From positions 107,758,001 to 107,822,000 of the forward strand of contig CM059431.1 in the NCBI GenBank assembly GCA_030390025.1: DNA of 64,000 nucleotides, given 5' to 3'. Within the stretch, counting starts at the first letter, position 1. Each line of letters opens with the position of its first letter. Positions 37,096 through 48,639 of this stretch are shown piece after piece. A model generated the notes under the pieces. That model made no database searches and was not told the DNA's origin. It worked only from the letters and a program-made list of their open reading frames with translations. The DNA comes from Squalus acanthias (Eukaryota). Position numbers and translations under genes: made by a program.

Positions 37096-38164
37096 TGTAG
37101 GGGGTGGTGGTGGTAGGGGTCAGCCTTACCCCTGACTCAGTGAGCAGTTCGAATCGCTCCCACGCCCCAGGTTCAAAACTTGGACTTATTTAGGGGTTGT
37201 GAATAAAGATGCAGTAGACAACAGGTTCCGATGAAAGAATTTTGACATTTATTAAAAGAAAAAGGTAACAAACTCAAAACACACTTCACACTTAAACAGG
37301 TTGGGGAACACACGGTACAGGCGAGGGAGAATGACAATATACAAAAACCCTTATCTCTGCCAAAAATCCCACTATCTAGCTAGGTTTCGGTTTCATGAGA
37401 TCAGGGATAATGCTCACCAAACAGGGGTTTTAACAGTGCGAAATCCAGCCAGGTAAGTTGATGGTGGTCCGGTCGTCGAGTGTCTTCCTGGAACGTGCTG
37501 CTCCTGGAACAGAGCCGAGCAGGGAGAGTCCGGAGAGAGAGAGCCTCTTGGGGAATTACTTGGGGTATTATACATGTTCAGCTCCTTTGTTCTTTTCTTC
37601 GCTCCCAGAACCCCTTACTAAAAATGGTTTCGTGCTGAAGTGATTTGGTTTCAGTTGAGGCCTGTTCATTCCATTGTCTTGGTTCCTTGCAGGCTTGTTA
37701 GGTTTTGATGGGTTTAACTTGGTGTTAAAAACGTTCTGAACTCTCTTCTTCCTGAACTGTTGTAACTGCTTGATGGGCCTTCAATTATGCTAAACCAAAT
37801 CAAATCCTGGTCATTGAAAGACCTCGTTACCAGTAACGGCTTTTTACTGAGTGTCAAATGGCTTGCGTCCTGTCGATCTGTTGTATAATCGGAGTTTGCA
37901 TTGTCCTCATGTTTTGGGTTTCTTGCTGGGCCTAGCATTCCTATCTGTATGCGTCTCTTTAATGAGTTCTGTGTTTTGGGTGGGGCGGCTTTCTCCCAGG
38001 GCCTATTGTCCAAATGTTAATGTTTGCTGGGGCTTGAATTCCAGCCTTTTAAAATTGAGATTCCTTATGTTAGGCCCAAATGCATTTTTATCACTCTGGG
38101 GTAGTTCCAAAGTCCTTTTTTTTCCTTAGATTTATGGGGATCTGCAAATTTTGGAAACTTTACA
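37096..38164 (-). mobile_element. Solo LTR (family 1)
   Basis: TGTA...TACA termini with a 4-bp TSD AGCC (37092-37095 and 38165-38168). It is an inverted homolog of 39732-40732. Confidence 0.85.
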
Positions 38165-38527
38165 AGCCCATTAAGGTGCATGGCAAAGATGGTGTTTGCA
38201 TGTCCTTGGCTGTATGTTTGTGCTGAGTTAGCGGATCTCAGCTAATTATTGCAATGCGTCATCGTGGCGGGTCTGGACCGTATGGCCTAGAATCTCAGCA
38301 GCCCTCTAACCTCTCTGGCAGCCCTTCTCCACTCTTGCTCATCCGCCTTCCCGAAATCAAATACTGACAAGAGCACTGGGAAAATCCCTATTGTAGAGAT
38401 CTGTCTGTCGATAAAATCTTAATGAAATGGCATCAGTTCTTACTGAATCTCGGCATGCGAGAAGCTGTCTCAGTTGCAACCCCCATTGCATTTGGGCAGA
38501 AGGAGCACAGTGTATGTGCGTAAAGAA

Positions 38528-40775
38528 GCATAGAATCATAGAATCTTACAAAGTTACAGCACAGAAGGAGGCCATTTCGGCCCATCGTGTCCGCGCTGGC
38601 CAACAAAGAGCTATCCAGCCTAATCCCACTTCCCAGCTCTTGGTCCGTAGCCCTGCAGGTTAGAGCATCCCAAGTGCACATCCAAGTACTTTTTAGATGT
38701 GGTTAGGGTTCCTGCCTCTACCACCCTTTCAGGCAGTGAGTTCGAGACCCCCACAACCCTCTGGGTGAAGAAATTTCCCCTCAAATCCCCTCTAAACCTT
38801 CCCCCAATTACTTTAAATCTGTGCCCACTGGTTTTTGACTCCTCTGCTAAGGGAAATAGGTCCTTTTTATCCACTTTATCTAGGCCCCTCATAATTTTAT
38901 ACACCTCAATAAGGTCTCCCCTCAGCCTCCTCTGTTCCAAGGAAAACAAACCCAGCCTATCCGGTCTTTCCTCATAGCTAAGATTCTCTACTCCCGGCAA
39001 CATCCTTGTAAATCTCCTCTGTACCCTCTCTAGTGCAATCACATCTTTCCTGTAATGTGGTGACCAGAACTGCACGCAATACTCTAGCTGAGGCATAACT
39101 AATGTTTTATACAGTTGAAGCATAACCCCCCTGCTCTTGTGTTTTATGCCACGGCTAATAAAGGCAAGCATTCCGTATGCTTTCTTAACCACCTTGTCTA
39201 CCTGGTCTGCTACCTTCAGGGATCTGTGGACATGCACTCCAAGGTCCCTTTGTTCCTCTACACTACTCAGTGTCCTACCATTTAATGTGTATTCTCTTTC
39301 CTTGTTAGCCCTCCCCAAATGCATTACCTCACACTTCTCCAGATTGAATTCCATTTGCCACTGTTCTGCCCACCTGACCAATTTATTGATATCTTCCTGC
39401 AGTCTACAGCTTCCTTCTTCAGTATCAATCACACAGCCGATTTTAGTATCATCTGCAAACTTCTTAATCATACCCTCTATATTCAAGTCTAGATCATTGA
39501 TATATACCACAAAAAGCAAGGGACCTAGTACTGAGCCCTGCGGAACCCCACTGGAAACAGCCTTCCAGTCACAAAAACACCCATCAACCATTACCCTCTG
39601 CTCCTGCCTCCGAGCCAGTTTTGAATCCAACTTGACACTTTGCCCTGGATCCCATGGGCTTTTAACTTCGTGTCCAGTCTGCCATGTGGAACCTTATCAA
39701 AAGCCTCTACATCAAACGCACTACCCTCATCTGTAAAGTTTCCAAAATTTGCAGATCCCCAAAAATCTAAGGGAAAAAAAATAAGGACTTTGGAACTTTA
39801 AAGGAACATGTCTGGACATGCACAGCATGTGGGATCTACCTCTGTAAATAGCAGTCTTGAGGATTGCATTGTCTGGGAATTCAAGCCCCAGCAAACATTA
39901 ACATTTGGACAATAGGCCCTGGGAGAAGGCCGCCCCACCCAAAACACACAACCCATTAAAGAGACGCATAAAGATAGGAATGCTAGGCCCAGCAAGAAAC
40001 CCAAAACATGAGAACAATGCAAACTTCAATAAAACAACAGATCGACAGGGCGCAAGCCATTTGACTCAGTAAAAGCTGTTACTGGTAACGAGGTTTTTCA
40101 ATTGACCAGGATTTGATTTGGTTTAGCATACTTGAAGCCCCATCAAAATTTAACAAGACAATGTACAGGCCTCACCTGAAACCAATTTACTTCATCACAA
40201 AACCAGCTTTAGTGAGGAGTTTTGGGCATGAAAAGGACTATAATTGTAGCATGACCCAAGACTCTTTTTCTTTTGGACTCGCCGACGAAGCTGGAACAGC
40301 TCTCCCTCTCAGCTCTGCCCAGAAGCAGCATGTTAAAGGAAGACACTCGATGACCAGAATCACCATCAACTTACCTGGCTGGATTTCGTACTGTTAAAAC
40401 CCCTGTTTGGTGAGCATCATCCCATATCTCCTGAAACCGAAACCTAGCTAGATAGTGGGATTTTTGGGAGGGATAAGTTTTTGTTTTGTATATTGTACTT
40501 CTCCCTCGCCTGTAACCGTGTGTTCCCCAAACCTGTTTAGTGTGAAGTGTGTTTTAAGTTTGTTACCTTTTATTTTCAATAAAAGTTAAAATTCTTTCAT
40601 CGGAACCTGTTGTCTACTGCATCTTTATTCACAACCGCTAAATAAGTCCAAGTTATGAACCTGGGGCATGGGAGCGATTCAAACCGCTCACTGAGGCAGG
40701 GGTAAGGCTGATCCCTACCACCACCCCCTACACATCTACCCTCCTTGTTACAACCTCAAAAAATTGAATCAAGTT
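38528..40775 (-). mobile_element. CR1 RT/3' fragment interrupted by a solo LTR
   Basis: ORF 38620-39630 with KFADDTK. CR1 sequence resumes after 40732. Confidence 0.9.
39732..40732 (+). mobile_element. Solo LTR (family 1)
   Basis: TGTA...TACA termini, TSD CATC (39728-39731 and 40733-40736), and AATAAA at 40578. Confidence 0.85.
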
Positions 40776-40917
40776 TGGAAAGATTGGAAATTTGTGATTG
40801 GACTTTAATCATCAATAATCTGGAAATAATGTACACACAGCTAATGCATAGCTTGGGCGCAATAGCATGATGCAACCGTAACGAGCAATTTCCGGACCGG
40901 CAGAGTCTAGGAAGTAA

Positions 40918-41475
40918 TCAAAGCCTTTCCACCATCTACAAGGCACAAGCCAGCAGTGTGATGGAATACTCTCCACCTGCCTGGATGAGTGCAGCTCAAA
41001 CAACAGTCAAGAAGCTCAACACCATCCAGTACAAAGCAGCCCGCTTGATTGGCACCCCATCCAGCACCTTAAACATTCACTCCCTCCACCACCGGTGTAC
41101 CATGGCTGCAGTGTGTGCCATCTACAAGATGCACTGCAGAAACTCGCCAAGGCTTCTTCGGCAGCACCTCCCAAACCCGCGACCTCTTCCACCTAGAAGG
41201 ACAAGGGCAGCAGGCGCATGGGAACACCACCACCTCCAAGTTCCCCTCCAAGTCACACACTATCCTGAATTGGAAATATATCGGCCGTTCCTTCATCGTT
41301 GCTGGGTCAAAATCTTGGAACTCCCTCCCTAACAGCACTGTGGGAGCACCTTCACCACACTGACTGCAGCGGTTCAAGAAGGCAGCACACCACCACCTCT
41401 TAAGTGCAACTAGGGATGGGCAATAAATGCTGGCCTTGCCAGTGATGCCCACATTCCATAAACAAATAAAAAACA
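40918..41475 (+). mobile_element. LINE family B 3' fragment
   Basis: Matches 29810-30362. Confidence 0.88.
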
Positions 41476-41973
41476 ATCATGGGATAGACCAGATAAATTG
41501 CTGCGCATTGCTAATTGCTGGCCAGTAAAGCCCAATGCACTTACCATTAACCGGAATGCTGACAGCAGTTTTTAGTCTTATTTTTCTCATGTGCTTGTGC
41601 GTTTAATACACCGAAAGGCACAACCATCACAGGGTAGCCACTGCTATAATTTGTGATTTTAAACTTTACTTTTTAAGTGGTCTGTCCGAAAAATTTTAAG
41701 CTGGAAATCAGAGGTCAAAAAAAATGTCTTTCTACCTGAATTTTGGTTTAACACATTATTCATTTAGAATCCAAATGTAGACCTGCTTACAGATGGAAAC
41801 ATTAATTATTGATTTATAATGCTATAAAATTTTAGATGAGTTTTCAGTAAATCAAGCTCAAGTTTGCCGTTATTCTACCCCTTAACTGGTTTTGGGGCTT
41901 TGCAAATTGTTGAAACCTTAACACAACCACACAAGTAGACTAATAAAGCTCTTGTGTTTTATCTGAAACCTAT

Positions 41974-43704
41974 GGCTGGAATTTTCCAGGGGTTCAGCGA
42001 ACGGGATTGGTGGCGGGTCGGGTGGGAAATGTGATTATTTTGACAGCGATTCGGGACCCCTGCTGTCAAACCGCAGAAAACACGCCTTTCCCAATCTCGG
42101 GTCTGCCAGCGCTGAGCAGACCCAACAAGCAGCAGCGGTCAACCCAATTAAACTCATTACCATCTAGTTGACAGATCATTAAGAGGGAACCATGCTGTTC
42201 AGGGACCACGGCTGTCAACCTGAGGCGGGAGTTCAGTGGCCATTGCTCCAGCTGATTACTTGACCGCTTCAAATGTACAGTAAATGTTCCCACCTGACAG
42301 ATCATCACTTTCCTCAGCCACAAGCTGTTTCTCAGTCTATTTCCAGCACAGATTCTGCAAGCTTTCCACTTTCTACTCTCTATTCATTCTTATCTCATTG
42401 GAAGAACTCTCTCATCATTGACAGATCGCTTTTGTCATCTCTATTTCACCTGCCAGCTATTCCATCAACATGGGTGCCATTTATACTCCCTCAAATTGGT
42501 CCACAGAATCTGACCACGATTAGCCCCAACACCAGCACCACCAGGCATACCAGCAGCAACAACAACACCAACTTTCTCCGCAATCACCTGATGCTGCACA
42601 GGATACAGGGCATCGGCACCCGAGCACCTTGCTGCCCGGGAGGCTGGGAATGGCCTCAGCATAGCCAGATTTACTTCACTTGACGCTGTACACCCTGGCT
42701 GCCACATGATGCGCCAGGTTGGAACCACCCCACACCAACAACATAAATCACCCCTACAATGCCCAAGCCATTCCTTTCACACTCAACACCATTGCGGGGG
42801 GCACTGTTATGTGTCACCAAACACTGCAACTCACTAAGCCACTTCCAAAGGTGCACACAAATCTGTCCAAGAATGCCAAGTGTTGAAAATAAAGGTTTCA
42901 AAGTTTAACACCACATTAACAGAAACTTTACATGAACATTACATAAAACACCCAAGTGGCTACCCTTGTGTGTTGTTAGTTGGTATGATTGCACTAGGAT
43001 GAGGGTGAGTGTGAGGGGTGGCTAGTGAGATGGGGAAGTGATAATGTAGATAGAGAGGGATGGGTGGAGGTGCAAGGTAAGTTGGTGTGAGTAAGGATGT
43101 GCAGGAGTAGGGTAGGGAAGGCAGAGTGATGGGGATATGATGAGAGGCACAGCAGGATGAGGTTGAGTGTGGCTTTTTAATAACGTTTTGTGATCTAGTG
43201 AGATCATTGAAAGGTTTGTGCCACTGCACCCAGGTCCTCCTGACCACATCCCTGCTTGTGCCCTCCTCTGCAATGTGCAACTAGGCTGTGTTGGTCTCCT
43301 GGGGAGGTCTCTTCCACCATCGGAAGGGAAGAGGACCTCCCTGCTTGCTGTGACTCCCTCCATAAGCATATGGAGGGAGTCATGGGAGAGCCTGGCTGCA
43401 GCCCTGCACCTCTGTGCAGTGCTTGTCAGTGTTTGCAGCACCTCAATGCTGTAGAACACTGATAGCACAAACGTCAAGACAAATGTGGCCATGGTCCCTT
43501 TAAGGAAACCGGCTGATGATGCGTCATCAAATGATGTCACCAGACCTGCTTCCTCTAATTGGACTGGGAAACACGCTTAGCGGGCTTAACAAGCCCTATC
43601 AACGTAAAATCATTTTCCAGAGCGGGATGGAGCCAGCAGCGGGGTCGGGACCCGCCACCGACGTCGCCCGCCGCGGACCCGCCGAGGTGAGCAAAATCTC
43701 GCCC
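41974..43704. mobile_element. Non-autonomous Harbinger derivative, uninterrupted copy (1.73 kb)
   Basis: TIRs GGCTGGAATTTTCC / GCAAAATCTCGCCC, a His/Gln ORF remnant (+) and a Myb fragment (-). Confidence 0.82.
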
Positions 43705-44176
43705 ATGTCTCATTACTTGCCATTTAAAATATAATATAATAGAAGATAATACTGCTACTGACTCGAACTCTTACATCATCCAATGCCATCTAGACTTGCA
43801 AGACACCCTGCAGAATGTGATAACAAGCTTTCAAGGCACCATGCAGACTAACATGGCAGAAATTTGGCACACCATCTGATATGGCCAATGTGAGCAGTGA
43901 TTCCCTGGACTAGCATGTCCAAAATGTGGGATACTGGATTATATCAAATTAACCTCACCCAGATAGAGAGAAACCCACCACAGTCGCACAGAACTCTTTC
44001 TTTGATTGTAATTTTATGGATGTTCTGTTGAGGCAGAATGCTCAGCAAGTTGATACTGCGGTCTACTGCACACTGTTAAGAATGGATAATCAGTGGAGAG
44101 GAAGGAATGATGAGAACGATAAACGAAGGGGTAAGAATGCGAGAAAGTGTTAAGCCTTGAAGAAAGGGAACCAAAG

Positions 44177-46180
44177 CAAAGTACTGCGGATATTGGCAAT
44201 CTGAAATAAAAGGAGAAAATGCTGGCTGGTCATCGACCTGAAACGTTGAGAATTTTAACCCCCAAAAAACAGATGATTGGGGTTGGGTGGGAGGTTAAAG
44301 ATTTAAAAATCTAAATCCCGACACCAACTCACGCCTGGTTTTAACGGAGGAGGGTTGGCACTTTAATGAGTACTTTGCATCGGTCTTCACCCTTGAAGAT
44401 GACGCTCGACTATTAGAATTTAATAATGTTATTAACATAGATGAACATATTGTTTTAGAAAGAATTAAGAACTTGAAAATAGATAGAGCAGCCGGGCCGG
44501 ATGATATCCACCCGAGGGTCTGCAGGGAGATGTGACATGTGCTGTACGATCCCCTGGGCTGTATTTTAATAGCTCACTGCATTCTGGAATGGTTCCTATA
44601 GACTGGAAGGAGGCTAATGTGGTCCCCATCATTAAAAAAGTGACAAGACGGACCCGAGTAACTATAAGCCCATTAGTTTAACATTAGTAATAGGTATGAT
44701 GCTTGAGGGAATCAATATGGATGCAATATATGAGTGCTTGGATAGAGAGGGACATATTAGGGACACCCGACATGGCTTCATAAAAACGTCATGTCTTACA
44801 AATTTAATTGTATTTTTTGAAGATGTTACAAAGTTGGTGGATGAGGGAAGTCCAGTAGACATTGTTTACTTAGACTTCCAAAAAGCTTTTGATAAGGTAC
44901 GACACAAGAGTCTTCTCTATCAGATCGAAGCCTCTGGTATTAGTGGTAATATATTGAGCTGGATTGAGAACTGGCTAGCAGGACGTAGGCAAAAAGTAGT
45001 TATAGATGGAGTTGTATCTGTTTGGAAACCGGTCATCAGTGCTGTCCCGCAGGGATCAGTTTTGGGGCCGTTGCCCTTTACTATTTTTATTAATGATCTG
45101 GATGCAGGTGTTGAGGGCACGATCTGCAAATTTGCCGTTGATACCAAGATCTGTGCGAGTGGGGTTAGGACTGTAGATGATGCTCGTCTGCTTCAGGCGG
45201 ATCTTAATGTGTTGGGAGATTGGGCTCAAGACTGGAAAATGATGTATAACTTAGAAAAGTGCAGTGTTATGTATGTGGTCAGGGCAAATGCTCAACATTT
45301 ATACGCCCTTCAGGGAAAAGCATTAAAGAAGGTGGAGGTAGAAAGAGATCTAGTGAATACATCTTTAAAGGTACATGAACAATGCCTTGAAGTGATAGCT
45401 AGAGCAAGTAGGATGTTGTGGTGTATCCATAGGACAATTGAATATAAGACAATGCATACTGTTTTGTCCTTGTACAAGACCTTAGTCAGGCCGCACTTGG
45501 AATACTATGTCCAGTTTTGGTCTCCTCACATGGTGGGTGTTATTGAGGCTTTGGAAAGGGTGCAGAGGAGGGCCACTGAACTAATTCCCAGTTTAAAGCA
45601 TATTAGTTATCAAGATAGGTTAAAAGAGTTGGACTCTACACTTTAGAGAAGCGTAGACTTAGGGGTGATCTGATTCAGGTTTATAAGATAATGAAGGGAA
45701 TAGATTGTGTTCCAGCTGACAGCTTGTTTCAATTAAATAGGTCAGGGAGGACCAGGGGTCGCAAATTTAAGTTGTATAAGGCCAGATCTAGGTTAGATGT
45801 CAGGAGGTGGTTCTTTTCCCAGAGAATAGTGGACCTCTGGCACAGACTGCCATCTCGTGCGGTGGATGCTGATTCACTGAATTCCTTCAAGCGAGAGCTC
45901 GATCTGTTCCTGGCTGGGGCAGCGATCACCTCTTATAGAAGGGAATTCAGGGCCAGAGTTATCTTCTGGTCTAGTTTCGATCATTTCGTTAAATTTGGCA
46001 GGGCCTGCAGGAAACCCAGCAGAACGGGTTTCCCTACTGCTTTCCAGCACCCCCCACCCCCGCACCCCCAACTCGCTGCCTGCCTCCTAATTAAAATTAC
46101 AGCCATTAACTCTGTTTCTCTCTCTCTCCACAGATGCTGCCTGACCTGCTGAGCATTTCCAGCATTTTCTGTTTTTAGTT
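44177..46180 (+). mobile_element. Penelope-derived short repeat interrupted by a MITE (44245-46104) that itself holds a CR1
   Basis: GACCTGAAAC|...|ATTAACTCTGTTTCTCTC rejoins across the insert. The inner TIR-like ends are GTTGAGAATTTTAA / TTAAAATTACAGCC. Confidence 0.55.
44358..45975 (+). mobile_element. CR1 LINE RT/3' region (divergent subfamily)
   Basis: ORFs 44696-45646 (LDFQKAFD, VPQGSVLGP, KFAVDTK) and 45691 onward. Confidence 0.9.
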
Positions 46181-46522
46181 ATTGAAGAAAAGAAAAGTGG
46201 GGAAAAAGAACAGCGTGGCACAAAGAACGGGAGTCAGCCAGCAGATTCAACAGAAGGACACAAATGATAAGGCTGCAAAATGGTTCCAACAGTGACACAG
46301 AGGATCCATGAATAACAGAGCATAAGCCACAACGGGAAGTCTCACATTTTTGATATATATAAAAAAAAGCGTTGTTTGTGTTTGCCTGTTAAATTCAGGT
46401 CAGTTATAGGTTACAAGCATTTTTTTTTTAAATAGAAGCATTTTTGGCACTGAAACACTCAGTTGTACCATAATATAAAGGATCCATTTTGCAGTAATTG
46501 AGAGAATTATTTCATAATATAG

Positions 46523-46992
46523 TAAGAAAGAAAGACATGCATTTATATAGCGCCTTTCAGGACCACCGGATGTCTCAAAGCGCTTTACAGCCAATGAAGT
46601 ACTTTGTGAAGTGGAGTCACTGTTGTAATGTGGGAAACGCAGCAGCCAAATTGCGCACAGCAAGCTCCCACAAACAGCAATGTGATAATGACCAGGTAAT
46701 CTGTTTTTGTCATGTTGGTTGAGGGATAAATATTGGCCCCAGGACCTCGGAAATAACTCCCCTACTCTTCTTCGAAATAGTGCCATGGGATCTTTTACGT
46801 CCTCCTGCGAGAGCAGACGGGGCCTCGGTTTAACGTCTCATCCGAAAGATGGCACCTCCAACGGTGCAGCACTCCCTCAGCACTGCACTGGGAGTGTCAG
46901 CCTAACTTTATGTGCTCAAGTCTCTGGAGTGGGACTTGAACCCACAACCTTCTGACTCAGACGCGAGAGTGCTACCCACTGAGCCACGGCTG
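46523..46992 (-). mobile_element. Full-length DeuSINE-type SINE
   Basis: tRNA head with A box TGGCTCAGTGG and B box GGTTCAAGTCC, the Deu domain, and an L2-like tail ending (TCTT)n. Confidence 0.88.
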
Positions 46993-47109
46993 ATACTAAG
47001 TAAGTGAGAGAGTGCAATTTACTATAAACAGGTTATAGTAAACCATGTGACAAGTATACAGAAAGTGTCTGTATTTCAAGCTTTCATGATTACAGAAGAT
47101 TCTGATTTT

Positions 47110-47412
47110 GGCTGGTTGGGGAGCCTAGGACAAGGGGACATAACCTTAAACTCAGAGCCAAGCCATTCAGGAGAGAAGTTAGGAAGCACCTCCTCATGCA
47201 AAGTGTGGAACTCTCTCCCACAAGAAGCAATAGATGCGAGCTCAATTAACAATTTTAATTCCCAGATTGATAGATTTTTGCTAGCCAAGGGTATTGAGGG
47301 ATTTGGAGCCAAGGCGGGTGGATGGAGTTAGGATACAGGTCAGCCATGATCTCATTGAATGGCAAAATAGACTAGAGGAGCTGAATGGCCTAATCCCATT
47401 CCTATCTTCCTA
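47110..47412 (+). mobile_element. CR1 3' fragment
   Basis: VWNSLPQ...IDRFL..KGI followed by a 3' UTR. Confidence 0.8.
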
Positions 47413-48639
47413 TACAGTAATATTTATGACTGATAATTAGTATTCTATCCAAGCCTATTATCTCTACACTCTCAATTCTCTTCTTCACGTAGCTAGCCTT
47501 TGTTTTTCTCTTCCCCTGCCCTGTTAATCATTTCCCCATTCATACTTCCTCTGATCCCCAGCATCCTAGTTCCACTCCATGCCACTCACAGTTCCACCCA
47601 AATCACTGCACTGTGCCACAAACTACATACATCAGCAACTTCCTTTCATGTGGCTCCTATAAGCTCGTCTCCTATGGTACCATTAGTTCCATCTTGTTCA
47701 TGCTTTCTGTCCACTCTGACCATAGCGCAATATCTGCCTTAGATTGATCCTAATTATCCTCACCGGAAAACCGCCTGGTCCCAGAGTTCTGATATTAATT
47801 TTCATGCCAATAAATAATCCATCTTCCCTCCCTATATTCTACTATTCCACATCTGTTGCCCCTTTTTCACAAACTCAAACATTGCCTGCTCATTTTGCAT
47901 ATGAACACTCACTGAATCCCTCAACTGCATAGGATTACATAGGATATACAGCACAGAAACAGGCCATTCAGCCCAACCAGTCCATGCCAGTGTTTATGCT
48001 CCACCACGTGCTTAATAACCCGTGATATTCGACCATGGGTCTATGAGTACATGCCTAATGAAGGCCGTTAAGACCGGTTCCAAAATTGGTTAGCCCCTTG
48101 CCTGAAAATTCGTCCAACCTGAGAACCTCACCACGTCCCACCTCATTTGATTTGCCCTGATTAGCATCGCATCATAGAAACCCAGTTACAAGGGTCTCCA
48201 GGATGTGCTGCTAATTCCACTCGACAAGAAATTCTAGATCACTACATTCTCTCAATGCAACCCTGGTACTGTATCCATTAAACATATATTTTGAGACTTT
48301 GTGGTTCAAATGATAACTTGAATGGTGACTGGAGAGACACTACTTATAATATCAAAGGCACTATTTTGCATGGTGGCAGAAACCTTGAAGGAGAAATGGT
48401 TACAGCTGGACAGCAATGGGATTCGAACAGAACAAAGTCACAGGCAACTCTGGAGTATTTCTGTTGCATTGACATTAAGCAACCAATAAAACTAATAATA
48501 TTTCCTACTGGCAGTTTCTGTGTTGATGAAATTCCCAAATTATATTGTTCTCGCTTGTAGTAGTAGTAGTACAAATAGTAGTTCAAAAACAAACAAAAGG
48601 GAAGAGAGTAGAGTACCAGTCAGAAATTGTGCTTTAGGC

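Noticed and set aside
37096..40732. A single giant TIR transposon carrying an RT
   Set aside because: Each arm has its own TSD and LTR termini, and the RT is a CR1 fragment that extends beyond the right arm.
46920..46992. tRNA gene
   Set aside because: The A and B boxes belong to the SINE head and continue into the SINE body.
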